DNA of 64,000 nt from a plasmid, in sequence record NZ_CP135254.1; one strand, 5' to 3'. The notes beneath the pieces were generated by a model, which was not told where the DNA came from, did no database searches, and saw nothing but the letters and a program-made list of their open reading frames with translations. The position numbers and the translations under genes are program-made. Of this stretch, positions 9,057-16,995 are shown in pieces; positions within the stretch are counted from its first letter, which is position 1; every line of letters begins with the position of its first letter.

Positions 9057-10868
9057 TTAATCTTCTTGTGCGCGGGATTGGCGGCGCATGTTTTCTACGG
9101 CGGCAACCAAATCGACTTCGGCCTTGGGCGTGGCCCAGCGGGTCCAGAAGGGGATCGTTGCACTGCGCGGTTCATGTTTTGGCTTGGCCATCTTGATGCG
9201 GGTCGGCAGCAGGGTGGCGTCGCCAACCACTACAGCCTCGCCTACGTCCAGCGTCGGCAGCACCTCCATCAGCCCCTCCAGGCTTTCTGGCAAGAGCTGC
9301 TTGACCACCGCCTGGTCGGTCTTGTTGGCCAGGCGCAGGCTGATGATGTTGCTGCACTGGCTGAGAATGGTCGTGCTGACATCCGAGGGGCGCTGACTGA
9401 CCACCATCAGCCCAACTCCGTACTTGCGGCCCTCTTTGGCGATGCGCTCGTAGTTTTCCAAGGCGCGCTTTTCCAGCGGGCCAGTGGAGGCGGCGCTGCT
9501 TGGCAGGTAGAGATGCGCCTCATCGCAAACGATGACAATCGGGTGGCGCGCATCGCCGTCTTCGCCCGGGCTGCTCCAGAACTGGATTTGGTAGATCAGC
9601 CGCCCGACCAAGCCCACAACCACTGGCAAGATGTCCGAGGGCACCTCGGAAAAGTCGATGATTTTGATGCCCGGATTGACGCCATCGTTGACGTTGCCTG
9701 TACCGAGCAGTTTCTTGGCGAGATCGTGTAGTGCCTCGTAGGTCTCGTAGTCCTCCGGTGCCTGATACATGAACGCATAGCGGCGGTCGTTCATTTTGGT
9801 TTTCAAGCGAATGAGGAAGCGAGAGAGCTTGCCGTTCAACGGGCCTTTTTCGGTTTTGGGCTGTCCCTTCTTCGCACCGCTGACGTATTCCTCGCCTGTG
9901 GGAATGACCTCGTCGTTTTTTCGGTCGAGGGATTCCACCAAGTCATTCAACTTGTAGGGAACCGGTGTGTCGACCGTAAACCCTTCCAGCAACTCCGGCT
10001 TGCCTAGCGCATTGATGGCAGCGCGTTTCATTTCAACGACCGAATCCATCAGGGCAAGCGCCTGATTGGGCGCATTGTCACCGGAGCGATCCACAAAAAC
10101 GGATTGCATCTCGTCATATGTCAGCAGCCAGAAAGGCAGGAAGATCGCGCCGTCTTTCTTGGTCTTGATATCGCCAATGCCTGCGATGCGGTAATGCGAG
10201 GCGAATTTCATGCTCGAATACTCGCCATGCAAATCGAGCACGACGATATTCGCGTGAGGCAGTTGTGCGGACTGCTCAAGGATGGAGGCGACGGTGAAAG
10301 ATTTTCCCGAGCCCGTGCTGCCCAGCAGCGCGGCATGGCGCTGGAAAAGCTTGTCGCCATCGATGTAGGCACTGGCCTTGCCATCCAAGGTATAGGTACC
10401 GACCTTGAGTGGGGCTGCCGCATCCGCCTTGGATGAAGCGCTCAAAATCCCCATGAAGTCTTCGAGCGACTTTTCTTCAATGGGAAACACGGGCCGGTTG
10501 ATCTCCGGCAGGATGAAAACGGCACGTGTGAAGGTGTCCTTGCGCTGCCCATCCCGAGCACGATAGGTGCCGACCAAGCTGATCGACACGCCGTTTTCCT
10601 CTTGAGGCACGCCAGCCAGATCCGCTGGCGGATCAACTTCAGGTAGCGTCGGCAGCTCCACCGGATGCCGCCAAACTCGTTCGATGATGCCGATCAGCCA
10701 TTCATCGCCCATCGACTGGATGGCAACCAATCGACCGACGCGCGCCTTTTGCAGGCGTTGGCCATCCGTCACCCGCACGGTGATCCGCGAGGTTTCAACA
10801 CTGCGGACTTCGCCCAATGACTGCTCGTCGGTGAAATTGAAAATGCTCATCCTCGCCTCACTCCACAA
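9057..10868 (-). CDS. herA: HerA-like (DUF87/FtsK-HerA superfamily) ATPase, partner of the SIR2 protein
   Basis: 603 aa with Walker A GSTGSGKS and a Walker B/DEAH-like PIVIVCDEAH. It overlaps the upstream SIR2 gene by 11 bp, the canonical SIR2-HerA pair layout. Confidence 0.7.
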   Translation of the reverse strand: MWSEARMSIFNFTDEQSLGEVRSVETSRITVRVTDGQRLQKARVGRLVAIQSMGDEWLIGIIERVWRHPVELPTLPEVDPPADLAGVPQEENGVSISLVGTYRARDGQRKDTFTRAVFILPEINRPVFPIEEKSLEDFMGILSASSKADAAAPLKVGTYTLDGKASAYIDGDKLFQRHAALLGSTGSGKSFTVASILEQSAQLPHANIVVLDLHGEYSSMKFASHYRIAGIGDIKTKKDGAIFLPFWLLTYDEMQSVFVDRSGDNAPNQALALMDSVVEMKRAAINALGKPELLEGFTVDTPVPYKLNDLVESLDRKNDEVIPTGEEYVSGAKKGQPKTEKGPLNGKLSRFLIRLKTKMNDRRYAFMYQAPEDYETYEALHDLAKKLLGTGNVNDGVNPGIKIIDFSEVPSDILPVVVGLVGRLIYQIQFWSSPGEDGDARHPIVIVCDEAHLYLPSSAASTGPLEKRALENYERIAKEGRKYGVGLMVVSQRPSDVSTTILSQCSNIISLRLANKTDQAVVKQLLPESLEGLMEVLPTLDVGEAVVVGDATLLPTRIKMAKPKHEPRSATIPFWTRWATPKAEVDLVAAVENMRRQSRAQED

Positions 10869-11934
10869 ATTTTTTCAAAAAGTCATCTAGCTGCCAGAGC
10901 GGCTCTGGTGACCGCAGTGCATTCCCTTTCCAGCGACAAACGGCCCCGTCCCCATCTTTGAACACGGCAATCACGTGAGGGTGTTCGCCAAGTAGTTGTT
11001 CAATGTTCGGAGTCGGGTTGCGCGTGACAATGATTGCGGGCATGCCTGCGGCCAGGCGGCGCTTGATGACGCCTTGCAAATGATCGTCGTTGAAGCCAAA
11101 CCCGATACATAACAGCGCCTGAGCATCAGCAAGCGCCGCATTCATCGCTGTACGCATTTCGTCAAACAAGATATTGACCAATGCGTCTTGGTACTTCGAG
11201 GGGCCGGGCACAACGATGGCTCGTTCCGCGACGGAAACATCGTTGAGAACTTCCACTGGCCCCTCATCCGTTGTCAGCCAACTGATTGAGCCATGAGGCT
11301 TATACAGACGAACTGTTTTACAGATGCGGTGATCGACCTGCTGCTGGCGTTTCTCGGCCACCAGAACACGGCTGTATTGCGTCTGGAAGAGTGGCCGGGG
11401 GCGCGGCTTACGCCGACGGAACCCTGTGAATCCTGTGTCCAGAGGGATTTCCGCGAGATCGCAAAACAATTCCAACAACGTATCGTAGTTAGTCGTAATG
11501 ACATGGATGCTGTCCGTGTTCTGCGGTGAGCCACTAAACAAACGATTCAGGAGGCGTGACGGCGCATGACCACCGGCAACCTTTTCGCCAAGAATTTTTG
11601 CCTCTGCGGCGATGGCTCTATCAAGAATCAACTTCGCGGTTTCTCCGCGTAGGGCTGACACGATCTCTCCCCATTCCGCCATGCCAAGCGGAATGCCATT
11701 CAGCCCAGCTTCGAGATTTGCCTTGATTGCGTCGACTGATTGCGCCCAGGTATTCCTTGCCCCATCGGTGGACAGAGCATCGTGCACAGCGGTTGCCAAG
11801 TGCTCCGCCAAGGCACCCATGCCGGGAAGGCCATAGCCGCAGGAAAAGCCAGAGCCGACAAGCAGCACCGGGGTTTTGCGAAAAAACCCTTGGATATCTG
11901 CGAAAAAATCGTCTGGCAAGTCGGCGGCTGTCAT
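10858..11934 (-). CDS. SIR2-like (SIR2_2 family) NADase-type effector of a SIR2-HerA antiphage system
   Basis: 358 aa with the N-terminal PVLLVGSGFSCGYGLP motif (the Rossmann GxGxS of SIR2_2 family proteins) and an ITTNYDTLLE motif. It lies immediately upstream of herA on the same strand. Confidence 0.65.
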   Translation of the reverse strand: MTAADLPDDFFADIQGFFRKTPVLLVGSGFSCGYGLPGMGALAEHLATAVHDALSTDGARNTWAQSVDAIKANLEAGLNGIPLGMAEWGEIVSALRGETAKLILDRAIAAEAKILGEKVAGGHAPSRLLNRLFSGSPQNTDSIHVITTNYDTLLELFCDLAEIPLDTGFTGFRRRKPRPRPLFQTQYSRVLVAEKRQQQVDHRICKTVRLYKPHGSISWLTTDEGPVEVLNDVSVAERAIVVPGPSKYQDALVNILFDEMRTAMNAALADAQALLCIGFGFNDDHLQGVIKRRLAAGMPAIIVTRNPTPNIEQLLGEHPHVIAVFKDGDGAVCRWKGNALRSPEPLWQLDDFLKKFVE

Positions 11935-11940
11935 ATCTAC

Positions 11941-12960
11941 CTACTTCGATAGTTCAACGAAGGGCGACAGCACTTCCAGCAGCGAGAGGCCGCCGTGCGT
12001 CAATGTCGGGTAACCGCCCTGACTGCGCCACTTTCTGCGGCCCAGCGCCAACAGGTGCGCACCGTGCGGACTGTCAATTTGCAACGCAACGGGAGGCACA
12101 AAGGGGCCAGTGTCACCGTTACCAGCCTTGCTACGCCCGCTTGAGAACGTTTGCTTGAGGTGGGCGACAACCTCACCATCGGCATCGGGGAAGTAACCCG
12201 TGGCGGCGTAGCCGTGATCCGAGGTAATGACCAAGCGCCGCCCAGTGGCGAGGCGCTCAACAAAGGCCCAAAAGTCGTCACTAGAAAGTTGCTGCGCAGC
12301 ATCCTTGGTCAGCAGCTCCAGACCTTGGCCTGCGCCGTAGTCGTGCAGCTTGGCGTCTGGCCAGTGATGCCAGAACACCCAGTTCTTCGCGCCAGATGCA
12401 CTGCCCACCAAACCTTCGCAATCCTTCCACGGCAGATCGATGGTTTCGGTCTGCGCGGGTTGAAGTTTGTGTGCCAATCCACCGCCGTTGGCCTGCAACT
12501 GGCTTCGGCTGGACAAGCCCAGCGCTCGGGCAAACTCGTTGGTTTCGCCGGGTAATTCGGAGGCGGTCGCTGTGACGCCCTGCAGGGTGAATCCACGTTC
12601 TTTCGCTCCCTGCAGCAACCAAGGCAGTTCGCGCAGGCTCAGGGCATCCAGAACCAGCACGGCGCGGGCAGCACTGTTGCCATAACTCGGCTCGGCCCAC
12701 CAACGCGCAAGACGGTCTGAGGTGCGTTCCACGCCGCTGATCTCGGATTGTCCGAAGCATCGCCACAGATCCCAACCACTGGACGCAAGGAACAGATCGA
12801 GCTCGCCGATCTCGCGGTCGCGCTTTACGACCTCGCCCGGGGCATTGCCCTCGGCCAATGGTCGTGAGGCGATATCGAGCGTGCGTTCGATGATGAAACT
12901 CCACGCATCCGCTGCGGTGCCTTGAGTCAGACGCTGCAATATTCCTGCATCAAGCGCCAT
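11941..12960 (-). CDS. Short PglZ-like (alkaline-phosphatase-fold) protein
   Basis: 339 aa with RRLVITSDHGYAATGYFP, the TxDHG signature of the alkaline phosphatase superfamily to which PglZ belongs. Its start overlaps the stop of the upstream 718-aa gene (ATGA), and the SIR2 gene begins 6 bp after its stop. It is much shorter than BREX type-1 PglZ (about 850 aa). Confidence 0.45.
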   Translation of the reverse strand: MALDAGILQRLTQGTAADAWSFIIERTLDIASRPLAEGNAPGEVVKRDREIGELDLFLASSGWDLWRCFGQSEISGVERTSDRLARWWAEPSYGNSAARAVLVLDALSLRELPWLLQGAKERGFTLQGVTATASELPGETNEFARALGLSSRSQLQANGGGLAHKLQPAQTETIDLPWKDCEGLVGSASGAKNWVFWHHWPDAKLHDYGAGQGLELLTKDAAQQLSSDDFWAFVERLATGRRLVITSDHGYAATGYFPDADGEVVAHLKQTFSSGRSKAGNGDTGPFVPPVALQIDSPHGAHLLALGRRKWRSQGGYPTLTHGGLSLLEVLSPFVELSK

Positions 12961-15116
12961 CAGTTGTCCTCCTTCTCAAGACTCAGCTCGAAAGTCATGC
13001 CATCGGGCAGCTTCTTGAGCAGTTCCTTGAGCTGCGCGCCGGTGGCGGCAGACACCTTGATTGAGACTTCTGCCACAGGCGTGGCCGGGCCAATACCCCA
13101 GCCTTCGAGCTTGCCGATCAGGTTTAGCGGCGAGGTTGGCGGGTTAGAGAGCGGGATGCGCGGTTTGGTGGTGCTGCTTGTGCCGCCACCAAAAATGTCA
13201 CCTCCATTCTGCGACGTACCGGTGCCGGGAGTGTTATCGCCACCAACAGGTGCGGGTGGTGTGGTCGTGCCACCGCCAAAGATATCGCCGCCCGATCCAT
13301 TATTGGGGGTGCCTGCAGGTGGCTGCGGCACGGGTGGAGTAGTGCCGCCAGTGGCAGGCACAGCCGAGGGTTCCATAAGGAACACTTCATCAAGCTGACG
13401 CCCGGTATAGGAGAGTTTGGGCCGCAAGCGCCGCCACGCAGATTCCTCGTCCTCGCCTGCGTGGGTTTGCAGATGCTCCAGATTACGCAGGTTGATGGCG
13501 ATCTTGCCGCGCGCGCACAGACGGAGGATGCGCTCCTTCATCGCAGTTTCGCCCAGCCAAGGGATGCAATCCTGGCCTGCCGGGCGTGGCTCCTGCAGTT
13601 CGCGCAGCAGCTTGCCGAGGGATGCGTTCTCAGATGCCGCTTCGAGCACGAGCTCTTCGAAGTCTTCGGGCACGAAGAGATCGTTGGTCAGCGTTTCCTC
13701 GATGCCCTCGGGAATTTGTGCACCTTGCTTTTTCAAGTGCTCGACACTGAATAGAGATTGCTGCGGGTTTTGGTGATCGTAGCGGTGCAAGACAGCGAAA
13801 CGGTCAAAGCGCTTCTTCAGGTTGTCACGCAGGGTGCCTTCGAACTCTTTGTGGAGCTTTTTGTATTCCGCCGGATTTGTGGAATTATGGCCGCTCCATT
13901 CCTGCGCCTTCATTTCAGCGCGCGCGAGGATGAGCAGATCGCGATCCAGGAATGCATTGGTGGAACCAGATCGGGGCAACAGGAAGCGAACTGTATTGCG
14001 GCGCTTTTGCAGGTGATCTTTGAGCCAACGGCCCAGTGTCTGATCGATTTTTTCCGGTTCTTCCGGCAGTACCAGGACAGGCAAACGGTCATCCCAGCGC
14101 TCTGGCTGCTCGGCTTCATCTAGTGATGTCCATGGGTCTGTCTGCCAAGATCTAGGCAGTGCAATCACGCGGAAATTTTTTGCGACCTCATCGCTGCCGC
14201 CGATGACATAGCGAGCCTGTTTGGCCAACTGTGCCAGATCGGAGCCATCGGTAAATAGCTTGTCGTTACGGGCACAAACCATCAATTTGGCACGAGGGTT
14301 TTCTTCCTCACGAAAGACCATACGCGGGCCATCCTGATGGATGTTGAAGCTGTTCTCGACAATCGTTGCCAGCTCGACCTGGAAAGCATTGCCATCCACA
14401 GGCTTGTTTCGAGTGATGTCCACCTGCAGCGTGGCGGGATCGGCTCCCGCGAGGTTGCCGACGGCAATCGACCGCAGCCACAGTGCCCCCACGATCTCTT
14501 GCAGGTGTGGTGCAAGGTTGGCGTGGTTGTATACCGCCTCGGTCACCGAGATGATGTTGTGCTGCGCTTTTTCTCGCAGGGTGCGATGGTGCTCATTAGA
14601 AACCGAATCCAGCAGTGCGCCGATGCCCGATGCATCGTCATCCAGCCGGAAGTCGGCGGCGGTGAGCACAGGCACGGCTTCGCCACGGCTCTTGTAAAGA
14701 TTAGCCAAGATGCGAATCATGTCGCGCGTTTCCTGCGCGTCAGTGGCGATCAGCACCTGTTCCTCAAGCAGACGTAACAGGTGCGGTGCATAAGGCCAAG
14801 ACTCGGTGAACTCGCGACGCTTGCGATCCTGCTCGGCGGGCGGCACATCAAGCAGGCGGAAGTATTCTGAGACGTGCTGGGCAACTAGTGATTCAATGGT
14901 GCCATCGGCAATCTGCAAGCGGTTGTCGAACAGACGGTGCAACAACATCCGGCGCCGATCCTGCTGTATACGCTCGGCATTACCCCCCGCCTTGAAGTCG
15001 ATGGCCACCGGGTTGACGCGGTGAACCTGCTGGTAGGCATCGCTGCCGCCATTGCGCACGGATATCACGAGCACCAACAAATCAGGGGTCGTCTCAGAAT
15101 TCGGAAAATAAAGCAC
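12960..15116 (-). CDS. Large uncharacterised protein (718 aa), first gene of the defence operon; no P-loop; low-complexity Gly/Thr/Pro tail with repeated GGDIFGGG
   Basis: ORF translation shows no Walker A motif, and its C-terminal 120 aa is a G/T/P-rich linker plus a small terminal domain. It may be a 5'-truncated or divergent BrxC/DUF499-class component, or a novel protein. Confidence 0.35.
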   Translation of the reverse strand: MLYFPNSETTPDLLVLVISVRNGGSDAYQQVHRVNPVAIDFKAGGNAERIQQDRRRMLLHRLFDNRLQIADGTIESLVAQHVSEYFRLLDVPPAEQDRKRREFTESWPYAPHLLRLLEEQVLIATDAQETRDMIRILANLYKSRGEAVPVLTAADFRLDDDASGIGALLDSVSNEHHRTLREKAQHNIISVTEAVYNHANLAPHLQEIVGALWLRSIAVGNLAGADPATLQVDITRNKPVDGNAFQVELATIVENSFNIHQDGPRMVFREEENPRAKLMVCARNDKLFTDGSDLAQLAKQARYVIGGSDEVAKNFRVIALPRSWQTDPWTSLDEAEQPERWDDRLPVLVLPEEPEKIDQTLGRWLKDHLQKRRNTVRFLLPRSGSTNAFLDRDLLILARAEMKAQEWSGHNSTNPAEYKKLHKEFEGTLRDNLKKRFDRFAVLHRYDHQNPQQSLFSVEHLKKQGAQIPEGIEETLTNDLFVPEDFEELVLEAASENASLGKLLRELQEPRPAGQDCIPWLGETAMKERILRLCARGKIAINLRNLEHLQTHAGEDEESAWRRLRPKLSYTGRQLDEVFLMEPSAVPATGGTTPPVPQPPAGTPNNGSGGDIFGGGTTTPPAPVGGDNTPGTGTSQNGGDIFGGGTSSTTKPRIPLSNPPTSPLNLIGKLEGWGIGPATPVAEVSIKVSAATGAQLKELLKKLPDGMTFELSLEKEDN

Positions 15117-15300
15117 GCTAGCGGTTGATCTGTCAGGTTGAAGCCTGAGAGGCCGAGCGCAGATCGTCAGAAAAGGCGAAAAACGATCCTAATCTGACGC
15201 AACATAGGTGGGGTGCCTGACGCCCGGTTGAGGCATAGCCTAGATTGACATGCGCGATGCAACCCTTAACTTGCTTGCACCTATCGTTTCCATGCTAGCT

Positions 15301-15432
15301 TTATCGTAACGCTAAGGAAGCTCTGAAAAAGCCCATGTTTCGCGAAATCACCGCTCTGTAACCCGCATGGTTGCTGGGATGCATTTCTCGAGCGGGGGCT
15401 TTTTCAGACCTTCCTTAGCTTAGCGTACGATT
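15301..15432. repeat. Imperfect inverted repeat of about 33 bp (cgtaacgctaaggaagctctgaaaaagcc versus ggctttttcagaccttccttagcttagcgtacg) flanking an ~60-bp spacer
   Basis: Read directly. It lies in the promoter-proximal region upstream of the 718-aa gene, between the operon and the repB remnant. Confidence 0.4.
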
Positions 15433-15473
15433 TTTTCCGAATTCTGCGGTTCCCCCTGGAAGACCTACGCAAG

Positions 15474-16073
15474 TTGGGCCAGCTCAGAGGTGGAATCAAC
15501 GAAGGCGAGCGAATGAGGCATCTTTTCTGGCGTCTTAACTTTCTCCTTCTCTCCGGGGCAACAAACAGCGCCCAGATGTACCATGAGGCCGCCGCTCTTT
15601 CCTCCGAGCTGGATACTCGTTGGTCTTACCGCTCCAAAGAGCTTATGACGCTCTACAGCAAGGCGAAATCCTATGAGGCTGGGGAACGTGTCGAGTTCGG
15701 CGGAAAGTCGTTTGCACCGCTATACACGCCCAAAAACGACACGCTGATCAACCTATTCCAGATCTCACAGCAAGAACAAGAGCAACTGAAGACGATTATC
15801 AGCACTGACGAGGCTCAGAAGCGCCGCAGAGAGCGCGATAGACTGCGTGATGAAGAACGTCGCCGCGCCGCTGGCCAGCTTGAGCGTGAAGCCTATGAAG
15901 CCAACTCATTGAGCAGGCAAAAGCCCTGGGAAGCTATGGGCATGAGCCGGGCTAAATGGTATCGCCTGGGCAAGCCTTCACCTCAACAAAACAGTGAGAC
16001 AAGTCCCTCCCCTATTACTAATGGCGAAGCCTCAGCGGTTGCCCTTCAGGCGGCCAGGTGTAAAGCCGTTTAG
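15474..16073 (+). pseudogene. Truncated replication-protein remnant (position consistent with delta-repB of NTEKPC-I contexts)
   Basis: 199-aa ORF with a charged R/E-rich segment (KRRRERDRLRDEERRR) and no complete domain. Its position next to the klcA region matches the published delta-repB...klcA...korC...ISKpn6...blaKPC arrangement. The identity is inferred from context. Confidence 0.35.
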
Positions 16074-16221
16074 ATGGCTATTTCAAAGTGAGTGAGATTT
16101 CGTAACGGATGGCAGCCCTAGAGGCTGCTTTCTTTTGAGGGGTTAGCAGGCGTATAGCCATGCTGGATCTCAGTCTATCACTACCTGCTTAATATTCCAC
16201 CTTTAGATCCGGCAGCAGTTC

Positions 16222-16450
16222 GACCAGGTGGCCAACTTACCAGGCACCGGCAGCAGCTCGACCGGGTGGCCAAGTTCAGATCTGGACGCCAGAAGGAAAT
16301 CAACCAGGTGGCCAACTTACCAGGCACCGGCAGCAGCTCGACCAGGTGGCCAAGTTCAGATCTGGACGCCAGAAGGAAATCAACCAGGTGGCCAACTCAC
16401 CAGGCATCGGCAGCAGCTCGACCAGGTGGCCCATTTCGTACGTACGAAAT
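16222..16450 (+). repeat. Tandem array of about 80-bp units (about 2.7 copies), each with two CCAGGTGGCCAAC(T/G)T submotifs; possible iterons
   Basis: Units begin near 16222, 16305 and 16385 (the third is degenerate and ends in the palindrome cgtacgtacg). The ORFs called across it (16228-16623, 16266-16499) are probably repeat artefacts. Confidence 0.7.
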
Positions 16451-16535
16451 CAGGCGACGCTATGCGAAATCTTGGCGGCAATCCCCCGCGACTACGTGAT
16501 TTTTTTAACGTAGAGCGCGCTTTTTCTTGCCATAG

Positions 16536-16552
16536 TAGGCCATTTTGGCCTA
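16536..16552. promoter_or_regulatory. 17-bp palindrome TAGGCCATTTTGGCCTA, a KorC-operator-like site, upstream of the 92-aa ORF
   Basis: Perfect palindrome resembling the IncP KorC operator class (TAGGGCATAATGCCCTA). It is followed by the conserved leader gaagaccgggcacccgccacggtcaataccggagaactccgATG. Confidence 0.45.
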
Positions 16553-16606
16553 TAATCTTAATTAAGAAGACCGGGCACCCGCCACGGTCAATACCGGAGA
16601 ACTCCG

Positions 16607-16885
16607 ATGATCCACACAGCTAACCGCACCTTTCACCAACTCTATCGAGAATGGATACGCGAACGCCGCGAGCATATGCACAACGTTTTGACCTGGGAGC
16701 GTGATCGTTACGGTGCTCGCCTCGTCGGTCTGTTTTATCGTTACTGCAAGGTGGCCAACCCCTTTCCCCGTTGCACTCTGAATACTCGGATCAACTACCG
16801 CGCCCATGCGGTGAATCTGCCAGATTGGCCAGCCCGCAGCCTGGAGCTGAATAAAATGTGGCTCAGTTGGAGAGAAAAAAAGTAG
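16607..16885 (+). CDS. Hypothetical 92-aa protein sharing a duplicated leader with klcA (korC/orf6-region gene of KPC islands)
   Basis: ORF preceded by the same ~45-bp leader and RBS as klcA. No HTH is evident. Confidence 0.4.
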   Translation: MIHTANRTFHQLYREWIRERREHMHNVLTWERDRYGARLVGLFYRYCKVANPFPRCTLNTRINYRAHAVNLPDWPARSLELNKMWLSWREKK

Positions 16886-16899
16886 GCCGATTTGGCCTA
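16883..16899. promoter_or_regulatory. KorC-operator-like palindrome TAGGCCGATTTGGCCTA (imperfect)
   Basis: Second copy of the palindrome family, upstream of klcA. Confidence 0.4.
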
Positions 16900-16925
16900 T
16901 TTTTTATTGTACCCGCTTGACACAA

Positions 16926-16942
16926 TAGGCCAAAATGGCCTA
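16926..16942. promoter_or_regulatory. KorC-operator-like palindrome TAGGCCAAAATGGCCTA
   Basis: Third copy, followed by the duplicated leader and the klcA start. Confidence 0.45.
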
Positions 16943-16995
16943 TTATATATCTCAGAAGGCCGGGCACCCGCCACGGTCAATACCGGAGAACTCCG

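Noticed and set aside
7637-9731. Plus-strand ORFs of 272 and 276 aa overlapping the DUF1156 methyltransferase and herA
   Set aside because: They are antisense to long motif-bearing genes, and their translations are low-complexity (Ala/Arg/Gly-rich) with no motifs.
12151-12904. Overlapping ORFs in other frames across the PglZ-like gene (for example 12281-12904 at 207 aa and 12151-12555 at 134 aa)
   Set aside because: They lie inside or antisense to the motif-bearing PglZ-like frame and have Arg/Pro-rich, low-complexity translations. They are GC-driven spurious frames.
16228-16623. ORFs of 131 and 77 aa covering the 80-bp tandem repeat array
   Set aside because: The translations are repeat-derived (duplicated GTGSSSTGWPSSDLDARRKSTRWP segments), so they are likely artefacts of the tandem DNA repeats rather than genes.
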